Notes under the pieces: generated by a model
Told to the model about the DNA's origin: nothing
The model's database searches: none
The model's input: only the letters and a program-made list of their open reading frames with translations
Translations under genes and position numbers: made by a program
In this document: piece after piece, positions 16,459 through 24,887 of the stretch
How the letters are laid out: the number at the start of each line of letters is the position of its first letter
Numbering within the stretch: position 1 is the first letter of the stretch
Virus record (IMG/VR): IMGVR_UViG_3300048856_000093
Span: 1-39,059 of that record
Direction: 5' to 3' (one strand)
Source of the DNA: a virus
Lineage: Duplodnaviria; Caudoviricetes
Length of the DNA: 39,059 nt

Positions 16459-18066
16459 TTACTCCCTGGCGGGCCCGGGCGGCGCCGGCGGGTCCTGGTC
16501 TTCGCCCTCGTCTGGGTCCGGGCTCGGCGTCGGCGCAGCGGTGGCCGGCGCGACCTTCTTCGTCAGGCCGAGGCGCTTCTCACGTTCCTGGTCAACGGCG
16601 CGCCGCTCGTCCGTCTCCTCGGCGTCATAGCCGTTCGCCTCCATGACCTCGGAGCGGGCAATGAAGCCGTTGTCTACGGCCAGCACGTTGGCCTGCATGT
16701 CCTTCAGGGGGTCCACCCATTGCCAGGGGGGCGGCATCCACCGGATCCTGTTGAAGGCGCGCGGGGCGCGGGCATAGGCCTCGGCCGACATGCCGGGCAC
16801 CGCCCCGACCAGCGCCGCCTGGGCAGTCCAGGCCAGGGCGACGCGACGGCAGAAGCCGAATACCACCACGCTGAACTGGAAAGCCTCGGTGCGCCGCTTG
16901 GCGTCCAGGGAGGAGGCCCGGGTATTGCCGAAGTTCCCGCGCGTCATGTCGCCCGTGAGGCCGTGATACGGCACGCCCAAGCCGACCGCGATCCGAAGAA
17001 GGGACCGGAACTGGAAGGCCTCGTAGTTGCCGCCGACATCCGCCGGCTCGCTGAACTTCACGTCCTCGTCGTCGGCGAGGACTTGCATGGTTCCTGCTTC
17101 CAGGCCAGCGACCTGGACGCCATCCATCGGCGGTCCGCCGTTATGACCGACCAGGCTGCCGGCCTCGATCGGCATGCCGACCTCAGGATCGGTCAGGTCG
17201 ATCGCGCTGCTCTTGCGAGTGATGAACCCCGCGAAGAGCGCTGCGGTCTTCTTCCGCTCCAGCTCGGCGTCGTCGTACTGGTCAAGGGTGAAGAGCTGGA
17301 CGGTGACGTTCGAGAAGCGGGACAGGCCGCGGAGCTGTCCGGCTTCGACGGGGTCCAGCAGGTGCAGCACCTCGGAGGCCGGCACCACCGTCTTCTGGCC
17401 GCTCCCTGCACCCTGCTCGGTGATGTCGGCCGGGTGGATGCGCCAGAAGTGGTATGCGACGCGCCGGCCGATCCGGTCGAACTCGATGCCCTGCCGGACC
17501 ACATTCCCGTTTCCCAGGGTCCGGTTGTCGTTCCGATCCAGCATCTCCGAGGGCAGCATCTGCAGCTGCAGCGGCACCGTCAGCCCGTCCTCGGGACGCC
17601 GATAGCGCAGGCGGAAGAAGACCTCCCCCGTGATGAAAAGCTCACGCACGCCGCGACGCATCAGGCCGTAGAAGTCCGTCAGCCCTTCGGCATCAGCCTC
17701 GTCTGTCCAGTCGTCCCAGGCTGCCCGCAGCGCCTTCTTCAGGGCAGGGTCGGAGGTGGTCCATGAGGGCGTGATGCCCGGCCCCACCACGGCACTGCCC
17801 CACCAATCCACTGCGTTGATGGCGTATGCGTTATTGCGCACCAGCCATCGCGCGCGCTCCGTGACGGTGCCGCCCGCCATCGCGATAAGCGTGTTGACGT
17901 GCGCCGCACCTGGCTGGAAGTTCCGAAGCCGCCGCGCCCCTGCACCCGCCTCCAGCCCCTGCGTGGCTCCGCCCGGGAAAGAGCCCCCGGGGAAGGCCCT
18001 GCCGGGCTGCGAGCCCCAGGCAGACGCTCCGAGCAGGCGCCGCCCGATCGCGGACAGGACGCCCAT
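16459..18066 (-). CDS. Portal protein, lambda family
   Basis: RAR.LVRNN.YA, GIEFD..GR.VAYH, GQLRGL and W.WVDPLKD motifs. Confidence 0.96.
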   Translation of the reverse strand: MGVLSAIGRRLLGASAWGSQPGRAFPGGSFPGGATQGLEAGAGARRLRNFQPGAAHVNTLIAMAGGTVTERARWLVRNNAYAINAVDWWGSAVVGPGITPSWTTSDPALKKALRAAWDDWTDEADAEGLTDFYGLMRRGVRELFITGEVFFRLRYRRPEDGLTVPLQLQMLPSEMLDRNDNRTLGNGNVVRQGIEFDRIGRRVAYHFWRIHPADITEQGAGSGQKTVVPASEVLHLLDPVEAGQLRGLSRFSNVTVQLFTLDQYDDAELERKKTAALFAGFITRKSSAIDLTDPEVGMPIEAGSLVGHNGGPPMDGVQVAGLEAGTMQVLADDEDVKFSEPADVGGNYEAFQFRSLLRIAVGLGVPYHGLTGDMTRGNFGNTRASSLDAKRRTEAFQFSVVVFGFCRRVALAWTAQAALVGAVPGMSAEAYARAPRAFNRIRWMPPPWQWVDPLKDMQANVLAVDNGFIARSEVMEANGYDAEETDERRAVDQEREKRLGLTKKVAPATAAPTPSPDPDEGEDQDPPAPPGPARE

Positions 18067-18335
18067 CAGAGCCCCTTGCCGCCCATGAAAACGACCTGGC
18101 GCACCGGGCGACGCGCAACGCGCAACCCTAGCAGCCCCTCCAACCGCAGCACCTCGGCCTGCTGGATGTCCAGCGCCTCCTTCAGATCCTCGACCGACTG
18201 GAAGACCACCATTTCATCGCCCTTACTGACCCTGGCGACACCGCTGGTGAGCTGGTCCCGGATCTCGGCAAGGCGCTGCAGTGCGGCGGCATAGGCGAGA
18301 GCATTCGCGGCCGCAGAGGCGGACGTGTCAGACAT
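18066..18335 (-). CDS. Head completion protein (gpW-like)
   Basis: Size and position between terminase and portal; SGV.RV..G...V.FQS...L...GKGL ending. Confidence 0.8.
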   Translation of the reverse strand: MSDTSASAAANALAYAAALQRLAEIRDQLTSGVARVSKGDEMVVFQSVEDLKEALDIQQAEVLRLEGLLGLRVARRPVRQVVFMGGKGL

Positions 18336-18345
18336 CAGCCTCTCC

Positions 18346-20448
18346 TCAGTCCATGATCGATGATCGCCGGAAGGTCCGGCGGGTCTGTCGCTGTTGCAGC
18401 CGGGTGGGCGGGGGCGTCGCCGCAGCGGCGTGCGCTGGCACCTCCGTCGCGGCCAGCACGACCTGCGAATTCGTGTCCCAGGGCGCGGCCCAGGCGGGCG
18501 GCTTATCCCAGTCGATCCGGCCGATGCCGTGCAACCGGGCCAGCGCCTGGGTGCCCACCATCTGGTCCGTGGCCTCGTTCCGCTGGCCTGTCGTCAGCTT
18601 CTGCCAGGCCCCGGCCGGCGTCCGCTTCTCGGCTACCAGCTGCTCGAACCACGGGTGTGGCGGGCCGGCCCGGTCCTTCAACGCGGCGGGAAAGTGCACG
18701 AACCACGGACCGGGCTCGGCCGTGTTGAGCTGCGCTGCCAGGTCGTCCTTAAACAGGTTCGCGTTGAAGCGAAGCACCGGCACCTGACCCCGGGCGATGC
18801 TGCTCGCCTTGCGGTCGGCTCGGACGTCCTCCGGGTAGACCACCTGCAGCCGCGCCGTGTTCAGGCCCTTCGTGCCCGACGCGCCCTGTGTCGGCAGCAC
18901 ATCCCACACGTGGCGCCCGCTCGCCTGCCCCAGGAACTTCGCCCTGCCGGCCTTCCGCCAGCGCAACCACGCCTCGTAGACCCGCGACGTGACGCCGGCA
19001 GCGCCGCCCAGGTCCATGCCGACGCCGCGCGGCCGCATCGTTCGCCCGGAGCCGTCCGCCAGAGGCAGCGGTCGCTGAAGCGCCTCCAGCAGGAGATCCC
19101 AGGCGGTCAGGTCCGTCGCTGTCTCGGCCTCGATCTTCTGGACGCCGAGGATCCAGCTTTCACCCCGCACGCCCCAGCCGCGGCGCATGAGCTCAAATCG
19201 ATTGGCCTGCACGTCAGCCCATGCGGTGATGAACCGCACGCCGTCCGGAACCTCGCCCAGCTTGAGGCCCTCCTCCGCCCGGCTGGCCACGGTCTCGGCG
19301 TCCACGCTGCCCAGCTTCCGCTGCGAGACGAAGGGGAAGCCCCATTGCTTCACCACGACCTGCCGGACGGTCTTTTCGTCGCCGGTGCGTTCCGTTTCCC
19401 GCTCTGCCGCGACACGCTCCCGAGCCAGGCCGCCGATCCCGCCATGCGCGAAGGGGCTCATCACCCCCACGATCCAGGCGCCGTAGGTGTCGTTCGGAGC
19501 AAGGCGCCCGCTCACGCGCCCGTCCGCGTCGATTTCCTCGCCCAGCCCGATCCACCGCGCTGCGGCGTTCATCGCCTCGCGCTCATGGTCCTCGATCAGC
19601 CCGCCGCAGACAGGGCAGAGGAGGCGGGCCATGTCCCGCACCTCGTCCAGCGGCGCCTCGCTGTCATATTCGAGCGCCATGAAGCGCGAGGCGCCCGGGT
19701 TTGGGCTGCTGTACGCTCCGCAGCGCGGACATGGCCACCACCACATGCACCGCGTGCTGTCGCGGTACACGCTCATGATGCCCTTGTTCCAACCTGCCGG
19801 CGCCATCCCCGCTGCCAGGTCGGGATGGGACAGCATGAAGAGGCAGCTGTCCTCGCCGAAGACCTGCCGGCGGATATCGAGGACCGGCTTCGCCGCCCCC
19901 ACGTCCTGGATGTAGTTGTCCACCTCGTCCGCCACGATGCGGGCGGCGTTCTTGTTGATGAGGTTGTTCTTGGTGAAGCTCAGGAACTCGGCCTGCATGG
20001 CGCCGAAGTCCTTGAACGCGATGCTGTCGGCAGAGGGGTCCGTGCCCAGGCGCTCGGCCATCCGAGGATGCGCCCGGATCATCGGCTCGATGCGCTTCTT
20101 GACGTAGCCCTGCACGCCCGGATGGGTCTGCATGTACCAAAGGAAACTGGCCGGGTCGGTCTCGACCGACAGCTGCAGCCAGTTCTCCGCCACCGTCGTC
20201 TTGGCGCATTGGCCCGGCCCGGGCAGAGCCACCGTAGTATAGAGGCCCGAGGTCAGGGCGTTTGACGGCCCTTCGAGGTAAGGTACCTTCGACGCGTCGA
20301 ACCGCTTCGCCTCTTCGCCGATGCCATCCGTCAGGTATCGGTTCCGCGCCGCATAGTCCCAGAGCGCCAGGCGCTCCGGCGGGATCAGGGCCTGGAACGC
20401 CTCCAGCACCAGGGCGTCTGCATCAGCGAACGGACCCGGGTCATTCAT
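18346..20448 (-). CDS. terL: Terminase large subunit, lambda gpA family
   Basis: GQCAKT Walker A, IVADEVD Walker B, CP.CG...CP.CG, ADVQ and RNEA.D nuclease motifs. Start set at the ATG overlapping the terS stop (20454 is an alternative). Confidence 0.95.
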   Translation of the reverse strand: MNDPGPFADADALVLEAFQALIPPERLALWDYAARNRYLTDGIGEEAKRFDASKVPYLEGPSNALTSGLYTTVALPGPGQCAKTTVAENWLQLSVETDPASFLWYMQTHPGVQGYVKKRIEPMIRAHPRMAERLGTDPSADSIAFKDFGAMQAEFLSFTKNNLINKNAARIVADEVDNYIQDVGAAKPVLDIRRQVFGEDSCLFMLSHPDLAAGMAPAGWNKGIMSVYRDSTRCMWWWPCPRCGAYSSPNPGASRFMALEYDSEAPLDEVRDMARLLCPVCGGLIEDHEREAMNAAARWIGLGEEIDADGRVSGRLAPNDTYGAWIVGVMSPFAHGGIGGLARERVAAERETERTGDEKTVRQVVVKQWGFPFVSQRKLGSVDAETVASRAEEGLKLGEVPDGVRFITAWADVQANRFELMRRGWGVRGESWILGVQKIEAETATDLTAWDLLLEALQRPLPLADGSGRTMRPRGVGMDLGGAAGVTSRVYEAWLRWRKAGRAKFLGQASGRHVWDVLPTQGASGTKGLNTARLQVVYPEDVRADRKASSIARGQVPVLRFNANLFKDDLAAQLNTAEPGPWFVHFPAALKDRAGPPHPWFEQLVAEKRTPAGAWQKLTTGQRNEATDQMVGTQALARLHGIGRIDWDKPPAWAAPWDTNSQVVLAATEVPAHAAAATPPPTRLQQRQTRRTFRRSSIMD

Positions 20449-20998
20449 CAGCATCAGGCAGACCCGTCTGCGCCAGCCCCGCCACGAAAGTGCGGAGCCG
20501 ATCCTCGACCATCCCACGCAGGAGGCGCTGCTGCTCTTTCGTCAGGCCAAGGGCCTTCGCCACATCCGTCACGAAGGCGCCCGTGAACTCCCTCCGCAGC
20601 CCCGTCAGCCCGCGGGCCAGGGCGCTTCGCATCTGCTCGGCGATGAGGAGGCCGCCGGCCTCGATCGCCATGTCGCGCTCCATGCGCAGCACGCGCAGCG
20701 CCATGAACTGCTGGTTCGGCGAGAGGTCGCCGTCACCCTTCGGCAGATCCTCCGCCAGACGCTCCAGCGCGGCCTCGGCATCGAATTCCCAGCTATCGCC
20801 ATTCCCGCTCCCGCGCCGGATGACCGGGAAGTGCGGGTCGCGCGCAATGCGCTCATCCAGGGCGGTCCGGGAAATCCCGGCTTCGCGACAGAGGTCTCGC
20901 TTGTTCACGATCCGCGGCTTCGGCGGCGGTGGCGTTTCCGCAGGTTTCGATGCGCTGCGCGTGCGCTTCTGCGGCTCAGCCGCGAGCGCGGCGCTCAT
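20441..20998 (-). CDS. terS: Terminase small subunit (Nu1-like)
   Basis: IVNKRDL....GISR..L winged HTH, G.SWEFD, coiled coil; directly upstream of terL. Confidence 0.88.
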   Translation of the reverse strand: MSAALAAEPQKRTRSASKPAETPPPPKPRIVNKRDLCREAGISRTALDERIARDPHFPVIRRGSGNGDSWEFDAEAALERLAEDLPKGDGDLSPNQQFMALRVLRMERDMAIEAGGLLIAEQMRSALARGLTGLRREFTGAFVTDVAKALGLTKEQQRLLRGMVEDRLRTFVAGLAQTGLPDADE

Positions 20999-21049
20999 CC
21001 GGGCACCTCAATGTTGTTGTCCAGCGTTTTTCAGGTCAGACGCTCGCGA

Positions 21050-21099
21050 GAGCCGGGGTGCGAAATACCCCCGGCTCGTAAGGGGCCCGGGAAGGACCC
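21050..21099 (-). other. Lambda-like cos site (cosQ plus cosN)
   Basis: GGGTCCT at 21099-21093; 23 nt further on, the 12-mer GGTATTTCGCAC (21069-21058), flanked by the perfect 8-bp inverted repeat GAGCCGGG/CCCGGCTC; upstream of terS. Confidence 0.8.
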
Positions 21100-21198
21100 A
21101 TGTAATCCACGCGGGCACTTCGCCGCGTCATGCACTGTGCGCATTCATTTTCGTGCGCCCTTCACGGGCTATACGCACTTCGGCAGTGCAGCGAAGGT

Positions 21199-21816
21199 TC
21201 AGCGCGCCGACCGGAGAACCCGGGCCAGCGCCTCACGGAAGGCCGGGGCCATCGCGGCCCGGATCACCTTCTCCGCCCTCGGCAGGAAGCCGAAGCGCGG
21301 TGTGACCGCCTTTTCGTCCTCATACCGCACCAGCAGCTTCGGGCTGAGCTTCGAGCCCTGCCGCCCCTTCTGCTTCGCCGGACGCTGCCAGATGCCCGGC
21401 ACGCCCTTGACCATGCCGCTGAACACGTTCGGCCGGGCCAGCATGTTCTTCACGCCTCGCCGCGGCAGGTTGCCGTACTGGTTCAGCCTGGCGCCTGCCG
21501 GCGTAACCAGTGCCCGCTTTTTGGGCGTTCTGATGCCGCCGGTCTCCTGCAGGAGAAGGCCGGCCGCAGCCTGCTGGGGACGGACATAGACCGCAGCTCG
21601 CAGGCTGCCCTTCGTCGCAGTCTGCACCCCAATACCCCGCTGCGTGAACGGGGTCGGTTTATCGAACACGGAAGGCAGAGCCCTCTGCTCCGCCACCTGG
21701 GCCAGCTTGACCACCGAGGTCAGGGCCGCGGCGGTGACGAACGGCAACTGGCGCACCGCACTGCCAAGCACGCGCCGAGCATGGGCGCTGTTGGCGACCG
21801 CGCTGATTTCGATCAT
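21199..21816 (-). CDS. Basic phage morphogenesis protein (gpZ-like), 205 aa
   Basis: ATG at 21816 in an ATGA overlap; RQLPF..A.ALT...FDKPTPFT motif seen in genes just upstream of cos/terS. Confidence 0.7.
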   Translation of the reverse strand: MIEISAVANSAHARRVLGSAVRQLPFVTAAALTSVVKLAQVAEQRALPSVFDKPTPFTQRGIGVQTATKGSLRAAVYVRPQQAAAGLLLQETGGIRTPKKRALVTPAGARLNQYGNLPRRGVKNMLARPNVFSGMVKGVPGIWQRPAKQKGRQGSKLSPKLLVRYEDEKAVTPRFGFLPRAEKVIRAAMAPAFREALARVLRSAR

Positions 21817-22127
21817 GCCGCCACCTCCACCTGCACCCAGCGGCAATCCGCTCCGGTCTCCCGGGCCACCGCAAGCCACCCGGCACGGTCCGCAGGCTCT
21901 AAGTTCAAGCCGACAGCGCAGACGCTGACGCCAGCCCGGAGCAGCTCCCGGGCCATGCCGAAGGTGGCAAGGGTGATGTGCCACTCGTCCACCGGGTGGC
22001 GCAGCAGGTCACGCACATGGTCCCGGGCAATCATCGCCTGGCCACGGTAAGCGACCAGCGCCTCCGCGATCAGGGACTTGCCGGTGTCGGGGCCGCCAGC
22101 GATGACGGTCAGGACCGGCTTCGCCAT
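21813..22127 (-). CDS. Short P-loop kinase-like protein (AAA_33/PNK kinase-like, apparently truncated)
   Basis: LTVIAGGPDTGKS Walker A, ARDHVR, NL.P..R..W..VARETG; GGAGG RBS. Confidence 0.75.
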   Translation of the reverse strand: MAKPVLTVIAGGPDTGKSLIAEALVAYRGQAMIARDHVRDLLRHPVDEWHITLATFGMARELLRAGVSVCAVGLNLEPADRAGWLAVARETGADCRWVQVEVAA

Positions 22128-22218
22128 GGCGCCTCCCTGGCCTTTACCAACCGCGCTTGCCTGATCACGGTAAGGAGACGGCGCAGCTTTCCCCTGAGCC
22201 AGATGTTATCGCTGACCG

Positions 22219-22476
22219 ATGCCGGAGCGCAAAAAGTACGACGACAGCAGTAAGGAGCCGGCGCCGCAGACCGAGCGCTTCCTTCAGGCGGTCGAGGCTC
22301 ATCTCGCCGAGCAAGAACGACTGCTCGCCAGCTTCAACACCCACATCTCGCCCGAGGACGCTTCCACGACGGCCGCTGTTCTGCAGGAACTTCGGGACAC
22401 CCTGGAACGCATGCGAGAACAGTTTTGCCGGTCCAAGCCACCAGCGGACGATCAATCTTTGGGCGGTTGGACCTGA
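22219..22476 (+). CDS. Small helical/coiled-coil hypothetical protein
   Basis: 85-aa ORF with protein-like composition; no gene on the opposite strand. Confidence 0.6.
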   Translation: MPERKKYDDSSKEPAPQTERFLQAVEAHLAEQERLLASFNTHISPEDASTTAAVLQELRDTLERMREQFCRSKPPADDQSLGGWT

Positions 22477-22521
22477 GAAGCGGGAGGGCGCGCCTTGGCT
22501 TCGCCATGCTACGCTCCTCAG

Positions 22522-22779
22522 ATGTCCCACGACCCTCCCCGTAACCCCCGCCTACGCGTCCTCTCCCTCTGGGGACCGATGGGCGGGCCGACCTACGAGT
22601 ATCGGGGCTCTATCATTCAGGCGAACTTTCAGCGAACTGCTTACTCGTTCACCTTGGGAGGCTTTCCCCCAAGAGGGTGGGGGAACATCGCCGATATCGA
22701 GCAGATCATCCGGCTGGTGGATGCCTGGCTGGACACGGGTAAGCTACCACCTCTTCGGCTTGTCGACCCCGAACGGTGA
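22522..22779 (+). CDS. Small hypothetical protein A1 (paralog of 23187-23441)
   Basis: GPTYEYRGSII..N and DAWLDTGKLP are shared with A2; start uncertain. Confidence 0.78.
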   Translation: MSHDPPRNPRLRVLSLWGPMGGPTYEYRGSIIQANFQRTAYSFTLGGFPPRGWGNIADIEQIIRLVDAWLDTGKLPPLRLVDPER

Positions 22780-22793
22780 TACGGACGGCAGCG

Positions 22794-23015
22794 CTAAGGA
22801 ACCTCAGAGCGACTGGAGCTTGACTGCAAGCGCTTCAGCTCCGCCCTCCCAGCCTCGAGCGCCTCCCCGCTGCCTTGGAATGACCTCGGGCTCGTGGCCA
22901 CCGTCTTGCCGTCCATCATGATGCGTCACTGCCAGCGCACAGAAACACGGCCTTGTCTCTCCACCACCACCCTGCTCTTCGACGGAAGCGCGTCGATGTG
23001 CTTTCGTGCCACCAT
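22794..23015 (-). pseudogene. B1: paralog of 23552-23752 interrupted by an in-frame TGA at codon 30 (22926-22928)
   Basis: Hand translation MVARKHIDALPSKSRVVVERQGRVSVRWQ*RIMMDGKTVATSPRSFQGSGEALEAGRAELKRLQSSSSRSEVP aligns without gaps to the core of B2; the TGA sits at B2's second Trp. Confidence 0.75.
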
Positions 23016-23105
23016 AACCCCGGCCCTCTAAGGCAGAGGCACGAATGTGGCAGCCCGCCACACGTATGGCCAAAATATCTTGTTGTCGCCCAGCAACGGC
23101 CATTA

Positions 23106-23141
23106 GCACACACCACTTGCGGGCACACACCACTTGCGGGC
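23106..23141. repeat. Perfect 17-bp tandem repeat GCACACACCACTTGCGG x2
   Basis: 23106-23122 and 23123-23139 are identical; they lie in the divergent B1/A2 intergenic region. Confidence 0.95.
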
Positions 23142-23186
23142 CGCTCGAAGCAGAAACCACTCGCTTCAGCCCCTTCTGGAGCAGCG

Positions 23187-23441
23187 ATGCCTACCAACTC
23201 CCCGTCGAGGCCCCAGCCTCGCCTGATTACCCCTGCATCTGGCACGTCCGGCCCCATCTACGAATACCGGGGCGCCACCATCCATTCTAATAGCGCTGGC
23301 ACGAACTTCGTCGTGAGCCTGACCAGTCACAGCGGCTCCCCACAGGCAGCATGGGGCGGCCTGACCCATCTGGGTGCAGCCGTGAGGGCAATCGACCTTT
23401 GGTTAGATACTGGCAAACTGCCAATCCACCGAGGCGAGTAA
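23187..23441 (+). CDS. Small hypothetical protein A2 (paralog of 22522-22779), 84 aa
   Basis: GGAG RBS then ATG at 23187; GPIYEYRGATIHSN and DLWLDTGKLP. Confidence 0.8.
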   Translation: MPTNSPSRPQPRLITPASGTSGPIYEYRGATIHSNSAGTNFVVSLTSHSGSPQAAWGGLTHLGAAVRAIDLWLDTGKLPIHRGE

Positions 23442-23447
23442 ATCGCG

Positions 23448-23523
23448 CCTACAAGCCTGTCCCCATCGATGTTGTAGGGGCCTGAAGCGCGCGGCGCCCG
23501 GGCCGTAAGCCGGCTCCGGGCGC
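23448..23523. terminator. Two stem-loops between the convergent genes A2 and B2
   Basis: CCTACAA/TTGTAGG (23448-23478) and a GC-rich stem GCGCCCGG-GCCG/CGGC-T-CCGGGCGC (23494-23523); no clear U tract. Confidence 0.4.
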
Positions 23524-23551
23524 TTAGAGAATATTTGTGACAGCGAAGGCT

Positions 23552-23752
23552 TCACTTCTTCTGCTGCATAACCTTACGCCCGGCCTCGAAGGCCTCTTCT
23601 GCCCCCTTATAACCATGGACAGACTGCGCCAGCACTCTACTGCCGCGTTGAACGATCCAGTGCCATGAGGCCTTCCCACGACCCACCTTGAGAACACGAA
23701 CCTCCGAGGGCTCATGTGCAGCGTGATAGGTGCTGATTGCTGGGTCAGACAT
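23552..23752 (-). CDS. Small protein B2, 66 aa, reminiscent of YegP/DUF1508
   Basis: W.W......R.LA.S..GY....EA..AG pattern; start reassigned to MSDP. Confidence 0.72.
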   Translation of the reverse strand: MSDPAISTYHAAHEPSEVRVLKVGRGKASWHWIVQRGSRVLAQSVHGYKGAEEAFEAGRKVMQQKK

Positions 23753-23839
23753 GGGACACCAGGCTACGTGTGACGCGTTAACGCCAACTACCAGCAACGG
23801 TTAGCGGATGCTATCCGCATCCGTGCTGACAAATCCCCG

Positions 23840-23930
23840 AAACGAAGCGCCCCGGCAGTCCAGTGGACCCCGAGGCAAAGCTTCGGAGAAGCGTAACAAT
23901 TTCTGCCCCGTTTGCCTCCCCGCCGTCAAG
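23840..23930 (-). promoter_or_regulatory. Candidate late promoter/attenuator region
   Basis: TTGACG overlaps the stop of the late regulator; a stem-loop at 23849-23876 is followed by a T-rich run; no canonical -10. Confidence 0.35.
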
Positions 23931-24645
23931 CATCATTCTCTTCGGCTTCCCACTCTGGCGGAGGGGTTACGTCGCCCACCCCATAGAAGTCCGCCAGCCG
24001 CTCCAGCGCAGCCTTGAGAGTGACGCCGGCCGCACCGTTCCGCAGCCCCTTCACCTTCGTGTAGTCGGTCAGCGTGCCGCGGCTAATCACCACCCAATGG
24101 AAGACGCCGGCGGCCACCAGCCCAATGGCCTGCCGCCACGCCCGCTGCACGCGCTGCTGGGCCGCCCACTGGCCCGGCGCGCCCTCGTTGGAGTGGGTGT
24201 GAGGGTGACGGGGCGGCGGGGCAGGCAGGCCGGTCGCCATACGAGACAAGGCGCGGGCCAGCGCCTCGGCCTGATCCCTGACGCCGTCCGCACGGTCCAG
24301 GTCCTCCCGGAACTCGTCAGCCGCGACGTAGAGGCGGTAGTCGATCGCACCCGTCTTCACCATGCGCCGGAGGGGGTCACGCAGCCGGGCACGACGAATG
24401 CGCGGACCCTTCGGCTGGGCTGGGTCCACCGCATCCACTGCGATCAGGCGTCGGCTCCGCCGCTGGTGTGCCGGCCCCAGGTCCGCGCCGGCCAGCAACG
24501 GGTCCGGATTGCCCGGGTGGGCGTCAGCGACGGCGACCGCGCGGGCACGGGTGAATTCCGCCTCGGCACGGGCCAGCCGAGCCTGCCGCCGTGCCAAGCC
24601 TTCGGGGGACATGTCGGGAGGGGCGGGGCGCTGCATGTGGCTCAC
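23926..24645 (-). CDS. DUF6456-like HTH protein in the Q/late-regulator position
   Basis: DPL.RM...G.I......AA..FR.D and L..AL.RLADFYG motifs; GTGA overlap start. Confidence 0.72.
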   Translation of the reverse strand: MSHMQRPAPPDMSPEGLARRQARLARAEAEFTRARAVAVADAHPGNPDPLLAGADLGPAHQRRSRRLIAVDAVDPAQPKGPRIRRARLRDPLRRMVKTGAIDYRLYVAADEFREDLDRADGVRDQAEALARALSRMATGLPAPPPRHPHTHSNEGAPGQWAAQQRVQRAWRQAIGLVAAGVFHWVVISRGTLTDYTKVKGLRNGAAGVTLKAALERLADFYGVGDVTPPPEWEAEENDA

Positions 24646-24887
24646 CCGCGGTCCTCCAAGGCCATGGCAAGATTGGCCAGCCCGTCCTTCAGCTCCTTCG
24701 CGAGCAACTCCACGGCGCCCATCTCGGTAGCCGCGTTGCCGGTGCCCAGGTATTTGAGCTGCGTGGCGACCCGGTTCTGCTGCTCCGCCACCTCCAGCAG
24801 CGCCCAGGCGATGGCGTAGCCGGGATCCTTCAGCACCCGGTTCCGGACCTCGTCCTTCAGCTGCGCATCGCTCATCGATCGGCTCAT
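24642..24887 (-). CDS. Hypothetical protein
   Basis: Coupled on both sides by 4-bp overlaps; helical composition. Confidence 0.7.
   Translation of the reverse strand: MSRSMSDAQLKDEVRNRVLKDPGYAIAWALLEVAEQQNRVATQLKYLGTGNAATEMGAVELLAKELKDGLANLAMALEDRG

Noticed and set aside
20190-20225. Non-canonical terminase Walker A (GPGQCAKTT) as a sign of inactivation
   Set aside because: gpA-family Walker A motifs are degenerate, and the other motifs are intact.
23106-23141. Direct repeat as a mini-CRISPR
   Set aside because: Two 17-bp copies with no spacer and no cas genes.
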